Source of the DNA: Epiperipatus broadwayi
Taxonomy: Eukaryota > Animalia > Onychophora
NCBI GenBank assembly: GCA_028023455.1
Contig: JAQFVV010000004.1
Coordinates: 5,332,001-5,396,000 of the forward strand
Direction of reading: 5' to 3'
Length of the DNA stretch: 64,000 nt
Positions 24,985 to 38,829 of the stretch are shown here, one piece after another (positions within the stretch are counted from its first letter, which is position 1; each line of letters begins with the position of its first letter). The notes under the pieces were generated by a model. The model made no database searches and was not told the DNA's origin. It saw only the letters and a list, made by a program, of their open reading frames with translations. The position numbers and the translations under genes were made by a program.

Positions 24985-26067
24985 GAGGAACGAATAAACT
25001 TTGAAGTACTAAAAGCTTATAATTTCTAAAATATGAATTTAAAATACTTAGACAGAAAAAGTAAATGAAAAAAAATAATGGACACTTTAATTAAAAAACC
25101 ACTTGTTCAATAAACATAAAATTGATCAAACCAAGCTTATAATTTTGAAATATTAGAAGCTTATAACTTCTAAAATACGAATTTTATTACAATATAGGCC
25201 CATAACCACATGTTGAAATAACGTAAATGTTGAATACACATAGAATCAACTGCCAAAACTTATTAATTCTACAATTAATAATAAATTGCAATTTATTATT
25301 AACATTAGTCAAAAGAATAATTATCTAAACTAAAGAATAGTAAATTTACAATTAATAAATCAGAATTTTTTTTCTTACCAAAATGGGTAATGTTGTGTGC
25401 TTCATTTATCATATGTCATTATTTGCTAGTGAATGGATAAAAAGAATCTATATGAGATAGATTTATTCATTAAATTTCTTCAAGATACTAATGCTACCTA
25501 CTGCTGGTGAAATGGTTAGTGTTTATCTTATTTAATCAGCAATTTTTTATTAAAATCTGTAAATATTTTTTTAACATGTTTTCATGTTCATTTGTTAATA
25601 GTAAAAGTCACTTCGATATTAATAAATAGAAAATTATATAAATAGATATATAGATTTCCATCAATTTCAAGAGCCTGTAAGGATTTCTCATGATCAAGTG
25701 TAGATCCGATATTCATGTCAGGAGATCAAATGTGAAAAATGCTATTTTTTCTAACTACTGGAACAAAGGAAACATACATCAGAGTTTCTTTCTAGTAAGA
25801 AAAAATCCAATTAATTGTAAAATTAATATGCTTTATTTTATATGGTTATGGGCATTTATTGTAATAAGATTAATATTTTAAAGGATATAAGCTTTTAGTT
25901 TTTCAAAATTATAAGCTTGGTTTGATCAATTTTACGTTATTTCAACATGTGCTTATGTGCATATATTGTAATAAAATTTTGATTTTAGAATTTATAAGCT
26001 TTTAAGTTTTCAAAAGTATAAGCTTGGTTTGATTAACTTTACATTATTTCAACATGTGCTTATGGAC
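24985..26067. repeat. Foldback with internally tandem (~107-bp) arms around a ~600-bp spacer
   Basis: aaattgatcaaaccaagcttataattttgaaa...aagcttataa(c/t)ttctaaaata at ~24985-25235 recurs reverse-complemented twice at 25843-26067 (period 107). Confidence 0.75.
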
Positions 26068-26349
26068 AATAATGTCCCATTTAATAGAAAACAATTTTTC
26101 TTCCAGTTCTTACATTCTCCCTTCATTTTAACATAATCTGTAGTTGTAAGTACCTAAATAAAAATTTGTCATCAAATGTCTGCATGGGTCCGCAATTGGG
26201 ATTCTTAGTACCCTTCACCTTCAGCCACCAACCATTGTTTTGGCTCATGATTTTACAGCCTCCTGGGAATAGGAATGATTTATTTTCATCTGTCATGATT
26301 GTATATATCTAATAGAAATTTTTTTTTTATTCACACGCACATTCATTTT

Positions 26350-27400
26350 GCCTTATCAGGCAACTAGAAGAAAGACCATAGTGTTTCTTGATCTTAAAGT
26401 CAGAGCCAAAAAAGCCAGTAAACTCACCATGATAGCTAATGCAGGTTAGTGAGCAGCCCTTTCATGTTTATATACTATATGAATAATCACATAGTCATAA
26501 CAGCTGCAGCAACAAGACTGTATGGAGTGGACATTATGAATTTGCCCTGCTCGGTTCCTTTAAGGCCTCCAAGAGGAATCAAAGGATCTCTTTTCAGTTA
26601 ACAGCAAACTCCATTCTTCAGCCTTTTTCACCTACCTTATTTAATATATTTAAGAGTGATCTTCCCAAAACAGAATACATGAAATTCATTTATGCTGATT
26701 TGACTTCTCAAAAGAAATGTTCTCTTGAAATAGAAAAGCCTCTTGATAAGGATATGAAAAGATTGAAATCTTTTTCAAAGACTGGATCTTAATCCAGTGA
26801 AGACAGTATGTTCAAATTTTTATCTAAATAACAGGGAATCATCTCATAATCTGAATATAACTTTCTGCAATACTAGACTGAAACACATTCCTACGCCATA
26901 ATGTTTAGGAGTAATCTTAAATCATAGTCTGATTTTACTCATTTAATTACAGTTAGATCAAAAATACTTCTTAGGAGTAATCTTTATGGAAAGCTAGCTG
27001 GAACTATTTGGGATTTGTTATACAATTTTTTTATGGAAAGCTTCCTTAGCATATTGTGTTCCTGTTTTGAGATTTTTAGATATTCAATTAAACTTTACCA
27101 TCAGAAATATTACTGGTACGCCCAAGTCTATTCCTTTATAGTGAGTCCTTGTTCTTTCATATATTCCTCTGCCAGATATGAGAAGTTGCTTCACAGAAAA
27201 TATATAAAAGGCTGATAAACAGTTTAGATTTGCCAATAACACAAAATATAGTTTCACCATTCAAGACTCATCTTGAATGTTCAAACAAGAATCTACAATT
27301 GAAGAATTATGGGGTAAAAAATTTAATTCGCAAATTTCTTTTTTCACATTCATTAATAAAGCCAGGTGGATTTGATCTTCTTAGATGCAATTGAAGTCTT
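26350..27400 (+). mobile_element. Decayed Ingi/Vingi-like LINE RT fragment
   Basis: Plus-strand remnants KTIVFLDL, PTLFNIFKSDLP..KFIYAD, LGVILNHSL, KLAGTIW, AYCVPV and DIQLNFTIRNITGT, with stops and frameshifts. The clade call is from recalled motif resemblance. Confidence 0.7.
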
Positions 27401-28199
27401 ATCCATAGAATTAGGTCAATCCATAGTCAGAGTGTGCATGTGTTTTATCAACAGAATTTATCAGCTACTGGTTTTTATTAATACAGTCAAACACAAATTA
27501 TAAACCACATAGTTAAAGATTACCCAATCTATGGTTACAGTGGCAAAATTGAAGATCTTAATAAAGCCACTTGCTGAATTTATTTTTTGATTGGAAATTT
27601 TTGCAGGTTATTTTATCATATTTTGTTAATAGTTAAATTGTCAAAAAAAAATCCATATACTAAATAAATAAATAATTCATTGTTATTAAATTCACTAGTA
27701 TAAACATATTAGACATGTTTTAATTGTAATATGTCTTTTATTTGAACTTGTCACTTTTTCATATTGAAAACAATGTATTTTTAGATTACTTTTTATTAAT
27801 TCTATATCTTAATAGTGAGCAAGAAAGTTGAAAAGAATTTCAAACACTTAATCATTAGTTAATACTAATAATAATTCCAAAAGTAAACATTTTTTCCACT
27901 CTTCTCTAGATCCATCTAATTATTGTAATTTTGAGTAATGGCGATATAGCATTTTAAAATCCCAATCTCCAGACTGATTTCTGAATGATGATATCTGTCT
28001 TTTAAGTAAATGAGGGAGTAGTGATATTGTTATTGATATTTGTAGAATAATAATATTAACATGTGTGTGTGTTTATTGTATCCAGAATTTCTCATAAAAA
28101 ATGGGCCGCTAATAAATGGTGGTTATTATAGATTACCATTATCTGCTTTCTGATAAAACTTTGACTAGATAAGGTATTTTTATATTTGTTTGATAACAT

Positions 28200-28760
28200 A
28201 AAAAAATGTTTCAGACAAATGTTATTAATGATTTATCAAAAAGCCAGTCATATATTATCTATTTCCAAACCATTTTTGCCTGTGTCCTCTGTGTTTTTCC
28301 AAAACTCCTTCCTTAAACTCATATTTATTTATTTTTTTTTTTACTTCTTATCCTCCAAAGTCCCTTCAAACATGTTTTTAGAATTTCTCTTCTAATTGTC
28401 CAATTCATTTCTTCCTCTGTTAATTTATTTTAATTTTAAAAAAAAAAAGTATATTCTTATCAGCAAGTTTATGTTTTATATCTTATTCTTCAACATTTAT
28501 TTTTCTGCTTCATATCCTTATCCATAGAAGCTAGAGTCACCAATCTCTCACATTATAACTATAAATTACATTCTATTCAGTTACAACTTTTTAAACTTTT
28601 ATTCTTTAGATTGTTGTATGTTTATTCTTTTTCCAAATTTTCTATTAAGAATTACTTACTTAGCATTAAATTCATCTTCCTTATTCCTAAGAACTATTAT
28701 ATCAATATCAAATCTTAAATGATAAATGTTCTTTCTCTAAATCTAATGTTTAAAAGGTCA
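28200..28760 (-). mobile_element. Decayed RTE-type RT/C-terminal fragment
   Basis: Minus-strand RREILKT..WRIRS and a WFG motif, resembling RTE C-terminal motifs. Confidence 0.45.
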
Positions 28761-31700
28761 GGAATAATATAATTTCCCTTTCTCACAGTTTTATTTATAT
28801 TTATTTTGATATATAACATTGAAGTTTAATAATTTAAATATATAAATGTAGGAATCTTTTGCTACTTTATTGTATGAAATTTTAAATGGTACAATCTAAA
28901 ATAATATTTGAATTAAAATTAAATTATATACTAGCACCCATAAAAGTACAATCTTCCACACCATTGATAAAGATTGCATTATATTATAATTATATTGATG
29001 TTTTAATAGTCAGAATACATATACAACTAATTGAAAATAATCTTTATTCTTTGCCAGTAAAAGTTAGATATGCATTTACAACCAATATTGAATGTCCTAT
29101 CTGTAAGAAAAATTTAAAGCTTACTTGTGACCTGAAAATTTTTTCAAGTTTGTCTAGCCCTGACTCAAACTCTATTTCATAGACATGGTAAGCAACAATA
29201 TGCTAAGTACTTTATTATTTGTCACTTAATAATTAAATTAATACTAATTTACAATTCAATTTTAGTAATAAAAGTCTTATTTTATTTTTGATTTGCGATC
29301 TGAAAATTTTTTAAATATCTTTGTTCATCCAGGATCAAACTCATTATATTACAATCCTTCAAAATGTGAATATATAAGGCAGGCGAACTACATCAGTGAT
29401 TAATCTCAATTGTTAAAGCTATTATGATTATTTTCATCCATCAATATGATATTTTATATCATGTTTATATATTATATAAATTGCTTTATATTTATGTTTT
29501 AAATATGTACAATAATTGCAATATTTATCTTCTTATTACTTTATCTGATAATTTAAACAGCATTTTAATTCAGTTCTATGCTGCATGTATTAAATAATAA
29601 GAAATAAGGATATTGAATAATTTATTTTTATTTTCCATCCTATTGTGAGGATAATCTTGAATTAGTTGAATATAATATAGTTGGTAGTTACTGTATGTTC
29701 ATATAAAAGTACAGTATATACTTTGCTTTTTAAAAAGTAAAGTGGTACAATGGTACTGAATATATTTTTAACGTGTATGTTTTATTATAAAATAAATTGT
29801 TTTTGTGCAGAGAAATGTTTGAATATAAATATGACGTAATGCGTAACAATTAGAAAAAATTTTTTTTTATTAAGATCATTTTTTTAAATAAATTTTATGG
29901 AATAGATATTAATTTCTGAAATATTAATTTTACATAATATTAGAAATAAGTCACAATCACAAATATTTTCATATTATCTCATAAATGTTATTTATTACTA
30001 TATTTTTGATTTCGGGATAGTGCTATAATTTTATTAATGAGTTGAAGCAATAACTCATTATCAAACAAATATTACAGAAATTTCTCACTCAGATTATTTT
30101 AATCATGATATCTAAATCGAAAAATTATATATATAATGTTTATTTTATTATATTAAATGTGAACATAATTTCTGTTCCCTCTTTTTTTCTTTCTTTATAC
30201 TTTTTCTTCCGTAAATTAAGTGGCCTTATAGTTCTACTAGAGTTTTCTAATATCACGTAACAAATATATCTTTTTTTTTTAATTAAGTTTATCATTGAAA
30301 ATTTCCTTGGCTTTAACATAATTATATGAAAAGTAAACAAATATTAAATGTTCAAGATTAAAAATAAAAAAAATTAATGTTACTAAAAAATAATTACAAT
30401 TTATTCAAAGAAGTCATTGTGTTTAGAAAAAAGTTTAGAATAAACTTTTTTTTTTTCAAAGAGAGATTTTCAAATAGGACTTCACAAGTTGAAAAGCTGT
30501 TGTACAGACAATGTTTAGATAAGTCATGAATATGGTCACAAGCTATCAATTACATAAATTTTTAAAGTGGTATTATCTCTCACTTTAAAAAAGTTATAAT
30601 AAAAAGAGGAAAAGAAAGAACTTTTGAAGTGGTTGTTTGATATTTTTCTTTGTTAATTTTTAATCCCTTTTATAACTTTATATATAAATACCCAGTGGAG
30701 AAAAACATATATATTAACAATAGTTAATAAACTATCTATAAATCAGGTATTAGATATTAATTTTGCAGTTTTAAGGGAAATATTCCAAGAATGCCTGCTT
30801 TCTAGTATTATTTTTATGCTGTTTGTAAATAACTTATAGCTTTATCAACTTCAGAATTTTATCCAATATTATTATTACTTGTATTGATGATATATTTGAT
30901 TGTTATCTGAAAAGTGTCACCTATTTAATATCAAACATTTCTCCCCTTTGCAATTCTGTTACTTTTTAAATCTTTTAATTCAGGAAAATTTTTATCTGTA
31001 TTTACCAAAGTTATTAAGATAATCAAAGTTTCTTATTATTAATCCATTAAGATAGTCAAAACTATTATGTTGTTTTAGACATTAGTGTATTCCAAGATCA
31101 CAGAAATAAATTAATATGTAAAAACTATTTCTGGACTATTAATTCCCATATCCTTAAAAACTCTTAATAAATCAAAACTAAATTAAATTAATCTTGGTTT
31201 TTTTAATCAGTTTTGTAAAATTCATATTTTTTTTATTATTATTGATTAATTTTAACTATTTATTAAATGTATCTCCTCTGGTCTTTTATTATTGCTATTT
31301 TGTTTTCATTTTCTGCATCAAGAATTTTTGTTTATTACAAAGTCAGTTTACCATGAATATAAATTATTTTCTACATTTTTGAAATTATTGTTTTATTTTG
31401 AAATGTTAATGGTATTATTGTAATAAATTTATTAAAAGTTGAAATTTTTTGACACTACTTATGACTAAATATTTATTGATTGTCTAGAGATTCTTGGAAG
31501 TTACATGAATTAATTCAGACAATAATTATAATGTAATGTATATTGTAATTATCACTTCCAAATATTTAAATATATATAAAATATAGATATTGTTACACAT
31601 ACTTGTGATCATGTATATGCTTATCTACTAGTAAAACATTTAAACTGGCATTCTTAATTGTGATCATAAAAAATATTATAGAGGGATTTTTTATTATTAT

Positions 31701-31877
31701 TATAAAATGTTCTCATATTTCAACAATTTGTTGACCTGAAGCCAATATTTTACTAAAGCCAAAGGCAAAATTATTGTTGTTGTTTTTTAAAAAAGTAAAT
31801 ATTTTTATTATAAGAAATTATTTATTCATTACTGCTTGCCATGGTAGCATGATTAACAATTTGAAATGTATACAACA

Positions 31878-32091
31878 ATTAGATGTGATAATATGTTGGA
31901 CTATTTCCATCATCTATCATTAAATGTTGACTGTAGAGAAAATTTTACACTTTATTTAAACTTTTCAGATACAAACAACTTGTTAGTGTTAGCGATAACA
32001 CACAAATAGACAACACAAGTTAGTAATTTTCTATACATTCAATATTTAATGATAGATGATGGAAATAATCCAACATATTATAACATCTAAT
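31878..32091. repeat. Foldback of the PLE terminal segment (~66-bp arms)
   Basis: attagatgtgataatatgttggactatttccatcatctatcattaaatgttga pairs with 32025-32091. The same sequence terminates both PLE copies (38830-38890, 42790-42850). Confidence 0.8.
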
Positions 32092-32949
32092 ATACCACCA
32101 TATTACAAACTTTCAGGTAAACATACAATAATTTATAATCAATCCAAATTAAAATTATAACTATTGATAAGTTCTATAATTTAAAATGACTTAATATGCA
32201 AATAATAAAATCTTCCCTAAGCCTATAATAAATACACAAATAATTAAAATATATACACTATAGGTATAGAATTTTGATTTCATAAGAGTTATAATAATAT
32301 AATTTAATCTAATTTTATAAAAATGTCTTTACTTAAAATATAGACAACACAATTTGTAATTAATTATAAACAATTAATTAAACTGTTCACAAGCCAATCA
32401 ATCAACTATACTTTTTGAATTTTTTACATTTTAGTGTCAAAGTGCTTGATTGAATCTTAATTTTTTTATAAGCAAAGTAGTCTTTCTTAATTATTAAGTT
32501 TAACTCTATTAAATGACAAAACCGATATGATTAAATCCATACTCTAATGTAAATTGTTATGATAATGCAACTCAAACATTTATAAGAATTTAGTTAAATA
32601 ATTTTTAATACAATAATATATATTAGATAATAATGGCAACACTAAACAGTTATCCATCATTACAAAATTAAGTAAAATAATCAGTTATAATCTAATTGCA
32701 GGAGTGTGTACTTTTGAATTGTTAAAAAATTATTTTGGTTTTAATATTAGTTATTTTTCAAAATATATATAGATCATTGTATCAAGATAGATAAGATTAA
32801 TAATTATTATTTGAATGTGGAAAATGTTGAATCAGTTGGTTCTTCAGTATGATTTATTGTCAGAAAGCCAGGTTCAATAAAACATTTACAAATTTGTTCA
32901 GATTTGTCATCTGATTGTAACAGTAAAGATATTCCAACAAATAATTTGA

Positions 32950-33900
32950 TTGAATGAAAAAGAAATTTGAATCCTGTCAAATGATCCTCAAATTTCCAAA
33001 ACCATAAAAGAATAAAAAGTCTGAAATACAGAAACAGGAGAGGAAAATTAATACCCTGTAAAAACATTTGTAGATATATGTCTTCAGAATTGTAATGAAA
33101 AAATTTCTTCTAATAAAAGAGAAGCAGCCGTGAAACTATTTTATAATTTAAGAAGTCAACTTAAAACATTTTTGTAAGAGATTGTATTAAAGTTAGATAA
33201 TAAAAAGACAGCTTCTAAAAAAACCTCAGGATCATGTTCGTTCACATAGTATTTTCAAAAAAGTGGATGAAATGAAATTTCTGTGTACAAAAAAAAATTT
33301 GAGGATACTTATCACACAGATGAATATGTGACAGCTGTTGTAAAGAACAAATTCTATTTTTGATTGATCATCATGATTGACATATCCAGGCAATAAAATC
33401 AATAACATATTATAAAATATATAAACTCATTTCCTACTTAACTTAGTTATTACACAAGAGCTCACAATCCAAGACAGAAATATTTAAGTCCAGGCTAAAT
33501 GTTAGTGTATGAACTGTATATCATGCAGTGTGCTGCAGAAGATACAGTACTACTGAAAAAAAAATATTATAAGGTATTTTCCACTAAATTTAATTTACAT
33601 TTCAAGCAACTATCTGAAGATACATGGAAAACTTGTGATTCTTTGCAAATAAAAATTCAGTTTTTGTATAGCCAGGGAAATCAAATAGCAAAACTTAAAA
33701 AGGATACTCATTTATAAGAGATTAATAGGCTCACAGTCATATAGCTGCTGATCGAAATGCAACATCTGAAGAAATTTTTGTATTGACTTGGAAAAAGCTT
33801 TAGCTTTTACTAAACTTATTATATCAGTAGTTTGTTATAAGAGAAATATATATGTTTTAACTTTAATTGCCATAATTTCAATAAAAATATAATATTTGTT
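32950..33900 (+). mobile_element. Decayed DNA transposase, Sola-like
   Basis: Remnants SFPT..SYYTR..RQKYLSP, YELY..C, YYKVFSTKFNLHFK..DTWKTCD (ORF 33499-33717) and DLEKAL..KL..YKRN. The superfamily call is from recalled motif resemblance only. Confidence 0.55.
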
Positions 33901-35013
33901 TGGTCAAAAATGAACAATCTCATGGATCTCAGTAATTTTCATCATGCAAAGACTTATGCTAAAAAAATCATTAAAAAATCAAATTCCTACATCAAACAAA
34001 GTAGAAATATCAAAACTGTTTTAAGTTTATTAAAATTGGTTTAAAGTATAGAAATAAGAACTGAGTCAATTGAAATGAAATTTTTGCTGTGTGATTTGCT
34101 TAATGATTCAAGTTTTGCCATTATCAAATCACATTAAAGCCAGTAAAGAGAAAGTACCATTTCATGTGGTTCAAATAACTTGTCAGGATTTTTTCTCAAC
34201 AAAGTCATTAGAAAATTCTATCATTAGCAGAAAACTAACACCTACAGGATTACTGGTAAATTGACTTAAATGCATTAGATAAAATTAGAAAGGTTGAAAT
34301 GCCACATCATGCAATTCAAATATGATTTTAACAGATACATAGTTTAATGAGCAACTCAAATATAATTAAATCATATTTGATACATTATTAATTCTAAGGC
34401 AAGAAACATACATTTTAAATAACATTCTGGAATGTAATCCAATAAATAGAGACTTCAAATATGATATTAAGCTGAAGGCATCTAGTATATGAAGAGAGAT
34501 ATAATTATCATCAGTTTATTTCATGAGAGATGCACTTTTTTATTATTATTCTGTCTTCCAATACATTTTGTCTGCATTATATCTTGTGAACATGTTACAT
34601 TTTTTATTGTCAACCACTATGATGCATCACACGCAAATCTCTAATAAATGAGTTTAACTCATCTCAGCTCGAAAAAGTCAATGAACTCTACATCATAACC
34701 AAATTTATTTCTATATATAAAGCAATTTATCTTATGATTTATAAAAGTAAACAACATTTGCCATTAGCATAACTGTTTTATTGGTTAAATATCACAATTA
34801 TTAAAGTATTATCTCATCAATAGATTGATATTATCAATACCAAGTTGATATTGTGCATACTTAATTTTATGAATAACTCCATACAATTAGATTTGCATTA
34901 CTCAACTTTGAATCTTCTGAGTGATATATTACAAGATCAATTTTATTTAAGAAACTATCACATAAAAGAAACTATCACATTATGATCATTGAATCAATAC
35001 ATTATTATTGTTG

Positions 35014-36101
35014 TATGAAGTCTGACAATTAAGTTTGTGAACTCATCCTAGAAAATGTGTTACATACCTCATTACTGAATATGATTATGGTCACCTTGGG
35101 AAGCTATGCACCAATGTCAGTGCCTAGTCCACTCTTCAAAGTAATTTTGGAATTCTGTTTTTGAAAAGCCATTAGAGTTGTCACTGTATTACTCTTGATA
35201 TCCTGAATGTCATCAAAATGTCTTCCTTTTAATATTCCTTTATCTTGGAGTAAAAAAAAAAAGTTAATGGGGACTAGTCAGGTGAGTAGAGAAAGTATTT
35301 CTATACAATTATTTGTATACTAGCCAAAATTCTGCTGTATGTTGGTAAAAAGTTCAGGTCATATTCATCTGATGTTTTCATGGTCTTTTTATTTGGTTAA
35401 TCCAGTTGATACAAATTCATAATGAACAATCTTTCATATAAAAAAGGTTAGCAATATCATTTTGACTCTTGATTTGGACTGAAAAATTGGCTAACTTCTA
35501 TTGTTTACTTTGACACTTTGTTTCAAGGTGGTAACATTGTTACACCCATGTTTTATCACCAGTGACAATGTGGCTCAAATTAACATCTTAAATCTCTTCT
35601 GGGATTATTTTTGCACATACCTTTCTCATACCAAGATTTTCAATTAATTTTTTTTTTTTTTGTTTCTCTATCAATGTTTACTTGATCTACTATGCTTCTC
35701 ACAGCTACCTAATGGTTTTGGCACAATTTGATAAATTTTTGCAATATTTTTGTCAAATCTGCTTTTTGCTGACTCTTTTAACCTATCTTATCAATGACAT
35801 TTTTTTACCTCAAAACATTTAATCGATTTGTACATTGTAATTTTTTTCATGGCATTAGCTCCATAAAATTGGTCTAACTTATTTTTGATTTTATGTCTAC
35901 TCTTGCCAAGTTTAATAAGAAATTTAATGTTGCTCATTGCACTAATTCAAGCTGATATTTTTGCAACCCCACTCAGCAAGATGGCTGTGAGACTCTGGTA
36001 TACCAATGTTATCATACCTTACTGTTTGTTTGTATATTGCTGCCAATGTAAGATCATGATGGCAAATTTTCAAACTTGTTAGATCTTAGATATCCTTCAT
36101 A
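35014..36101 (-). mobile_element. Decayed mariner (Tc1/mariner) transposon
   Basis: Minus-strand IVTGDKTWV (~35545-35570), YSPD*SP (~35268-35290) and GRHFDDIQDIKSN. Degenerate inverted ends tatgaag...tctgacaattaagtttg / caaacttgttaga...cttcata. Confidence 0.85.
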
Positions 36102-36642
36102 CACAATTTATTTTTCATGAATTTCAAGATTTTATGCAGTCATTTAATTTTTTTTTTATCACAATCAATTTATTTTCCTCCATTGTGTTCAAGTTCTCAG
36201 TATTTTTTTGCCATTATTTGTGAAAGTAGTTTTTTTTTTTTTTTTTGTCAAAAGTCAAGCTGATTGATTCAGCAGTGATATTCAAATATACTTTGAATGC
36301 TATTAATGCTAATCACTATTTAATAATAATGTATCTCATTTTTTAGCCCCTTAGCAAGAACAATTTGTATGGCATCCTGCCTCATAACTTTCTGACAAAT
36401 GAAATCATTATAATCAAGCTGCAGTGTTGATTTTTTTTTTTTGAAAAAAAATTGATGCAATGTTTATGTTATTTTGTATGTGTGTGCTTAATGTTAAAGG
36501 GATAGAATAAAATCATCTAAGTGATATTTACATTAGCCATAATGAATAGCTCTATGTTGATTGTTAAAACATAACTGAAAAATTACCAAAATCATAGTTT
36601 TCTTTATGTTTGCCGTTTTCATTTAGAAGATCAAAATAGACT

Positions 36643-36681
36643 TGTTCTGAAGAAGACTGCAGGTCAGTCGAAACGTAGGTG
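36643..36681 (+). ncRNA. Stand-alone minimal PLE-type hammerhead motif
   Basis: CTGAAGA (36647-53)-A-GACTG-caggt-CAGTC-GAAA-CGTA^. Perfect 5-bp stem II and ACGT palindromic helix III. Stem I is four G-U wobbles only (TGTT/GGTG). AATAAA follows at 36690. Confidence 0.55.
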
Positions 36682-38249
36682 TATGTACAAATAAAGAGTT
36701 TTGCTAAAAAGTGTTTGAAGTTTGGACAAATTATATTTATAACTGAAAAATGTCATCATAATACTAATATATTCTATTGAATTAAATATATAATAATTAT
36801 ATATTCTAAGATAGTCATTCATTTGGAAGCACTAATTAAAAAACATAAAAATGTCTCTAAAATTAGATTGCTTGCCTAACTCTATTCAAAATAGAAATAT
36901 ATGTTTAGTTGTCATAGAATCTATCTAACTCAATTATTAGTGATTTAAACCCAACTATGATCTATATATTCAATTTTTCAATAACTGAAATAAACAAATC
37001 AAGCTGGATAAAATACTTTTATGAACTGGGCAATTATTCCAGGATTAATGAGACTAAATTTTCCACAAGTATATTTTAACACCTTGATTTATTTGATCAT
37101 TAACAGAAAGAAATAAGATGTGCATGATTCACAGAAAATCAATACTTCTTTTAAGATTATATTAATAGTAATAATTATAGATGTTCAATAAACTACACTG
37201 GATTAAAAAATTTAAACTTATCATTTAATCTTGGATCACTGTCATTGCTAATTTTGCTCAGTGCAATATTGAACAGTCTAAGAAATTGTTTAAGCATTTT
37301 AAAACTTAACTAATAATGTGCATGTGAATAATTACAAAAAACTGACATTTTTTAATGGTTTGCAATGTCAGGGTGCCTTTACAAATAAATAAACACTACA
37401 GACTTTTCAGATAATTTATTAAATTTGATCTAAAATAAATTATTATCTGAACTGTAATTACTTACAGGAAAGAAATGGTTCGTCTCTAAGTTATAATAGA
37501 AAATTTGCTGTAATTTTTCTTTCATCTGGCAATCAGTTAGTATAGATTGTTGGTATACATCTGGAGTTATAAACAGTTATTTCACTTGTTAGATGCAAGA
37601 GATAAATACTGAGGTCTATAAAATACTCAGCTTGAAATTTAAGCTGATTATAATGACAACTAAATGATTCAAAATTCCAAATGTAATTACCCTTTATTCA
37701 AAACTTTGAGAAAAAGTCTTATTTTAAAAAAAAGTGATCTGTTTATTTAGTAATTTTGAATATCAACTCATATTCAATATGAAAACATTCAAATTTTAAA
37801 GTTATTTCTCTACTTTTAGCTCTTATGTACTATAATTGAATTAGCAATCAATTTTTGGATATTAATGTTAACTATCCACTACACAGCAATATCATCAGTA
37901 AATCTTTTGTTAAAAATCTTTCATAAAACTTCACTTCAATGATGATTCAGTTTCAGCTATAGTAATTGCCATATTCATTAGACAAATATGATTTAGCGTA
38001 ATTCATTAGATTATAATTTTTAAGGCCTTATTATTATATATATAGCTTTTAATTGTAGGCCTTTATTGCTAAATAATATTGATATATTGTATGGCTTACT
38101 TTCAATACATGCCATTTCTATCACTAATTAGTAATTTATTTTTATCAATTTCAAAGTTCCAAATTCATTTAATTTTTTTTTTTTTATTGTAAATCTAAAA
38201 TCCGATCTGATTGAATGTTACCAAAATATAGAGAATATACGAAATACTA

Positions 38250-38700
38250 CTAATTTAATTGCTTTAGATCATACAGGTGTTTCAGAATCTTTTTGAATAA
38301 TATTGTTAGGACTTATTAATAAATTTATAATCCTCATCTAAGGAATATCCTTTTCTATCTTTTTTATTCTCTTTTGCTTTTTTATTTAGACTTGCAATTT
38401 CATCTGCATCTGCTGTAAACTCATGTTCATTTATATCCAATCCACAATTTTCAGTCCCTTGCAAAATATTTTTACACCATATTACTAAAACTTATCACAC
38501 CATGGTTTTTTTGCTTGTTTATTTGTTTTGGACAGTTGCTAAAAATATAAAATCAGTATTCAAATTTTAAATTTGCATCCTCCTATATATTTCAAATAGT
38601 ATCCCAGCCACTAGGAAACTTTTCATATTTCAAGTATAATGGCATCTTTTCCATTATAGATCTGCATCATTTCACAGTAAATATCATGTAATAAAATTCT
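38250..38700 (-). mobile_element. Possible decayed non-LTR RT fragment
   Basis: Minus-strand GLDINEHEFTADADEIA resembles the RT YADD region. Little other support. Confidence 0.3.
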
Positions 38701-38829
38701 TATTTTTAGTTTTATAATCTCCAATCTCTATTTTTTAACATTATTATATATTATTCATAAATGTTTGAAATTAGTGATATAGAATTCTGACAGTTTTTGT
38801 AAAGCTGCTACAAATGATGGTATATTAAA

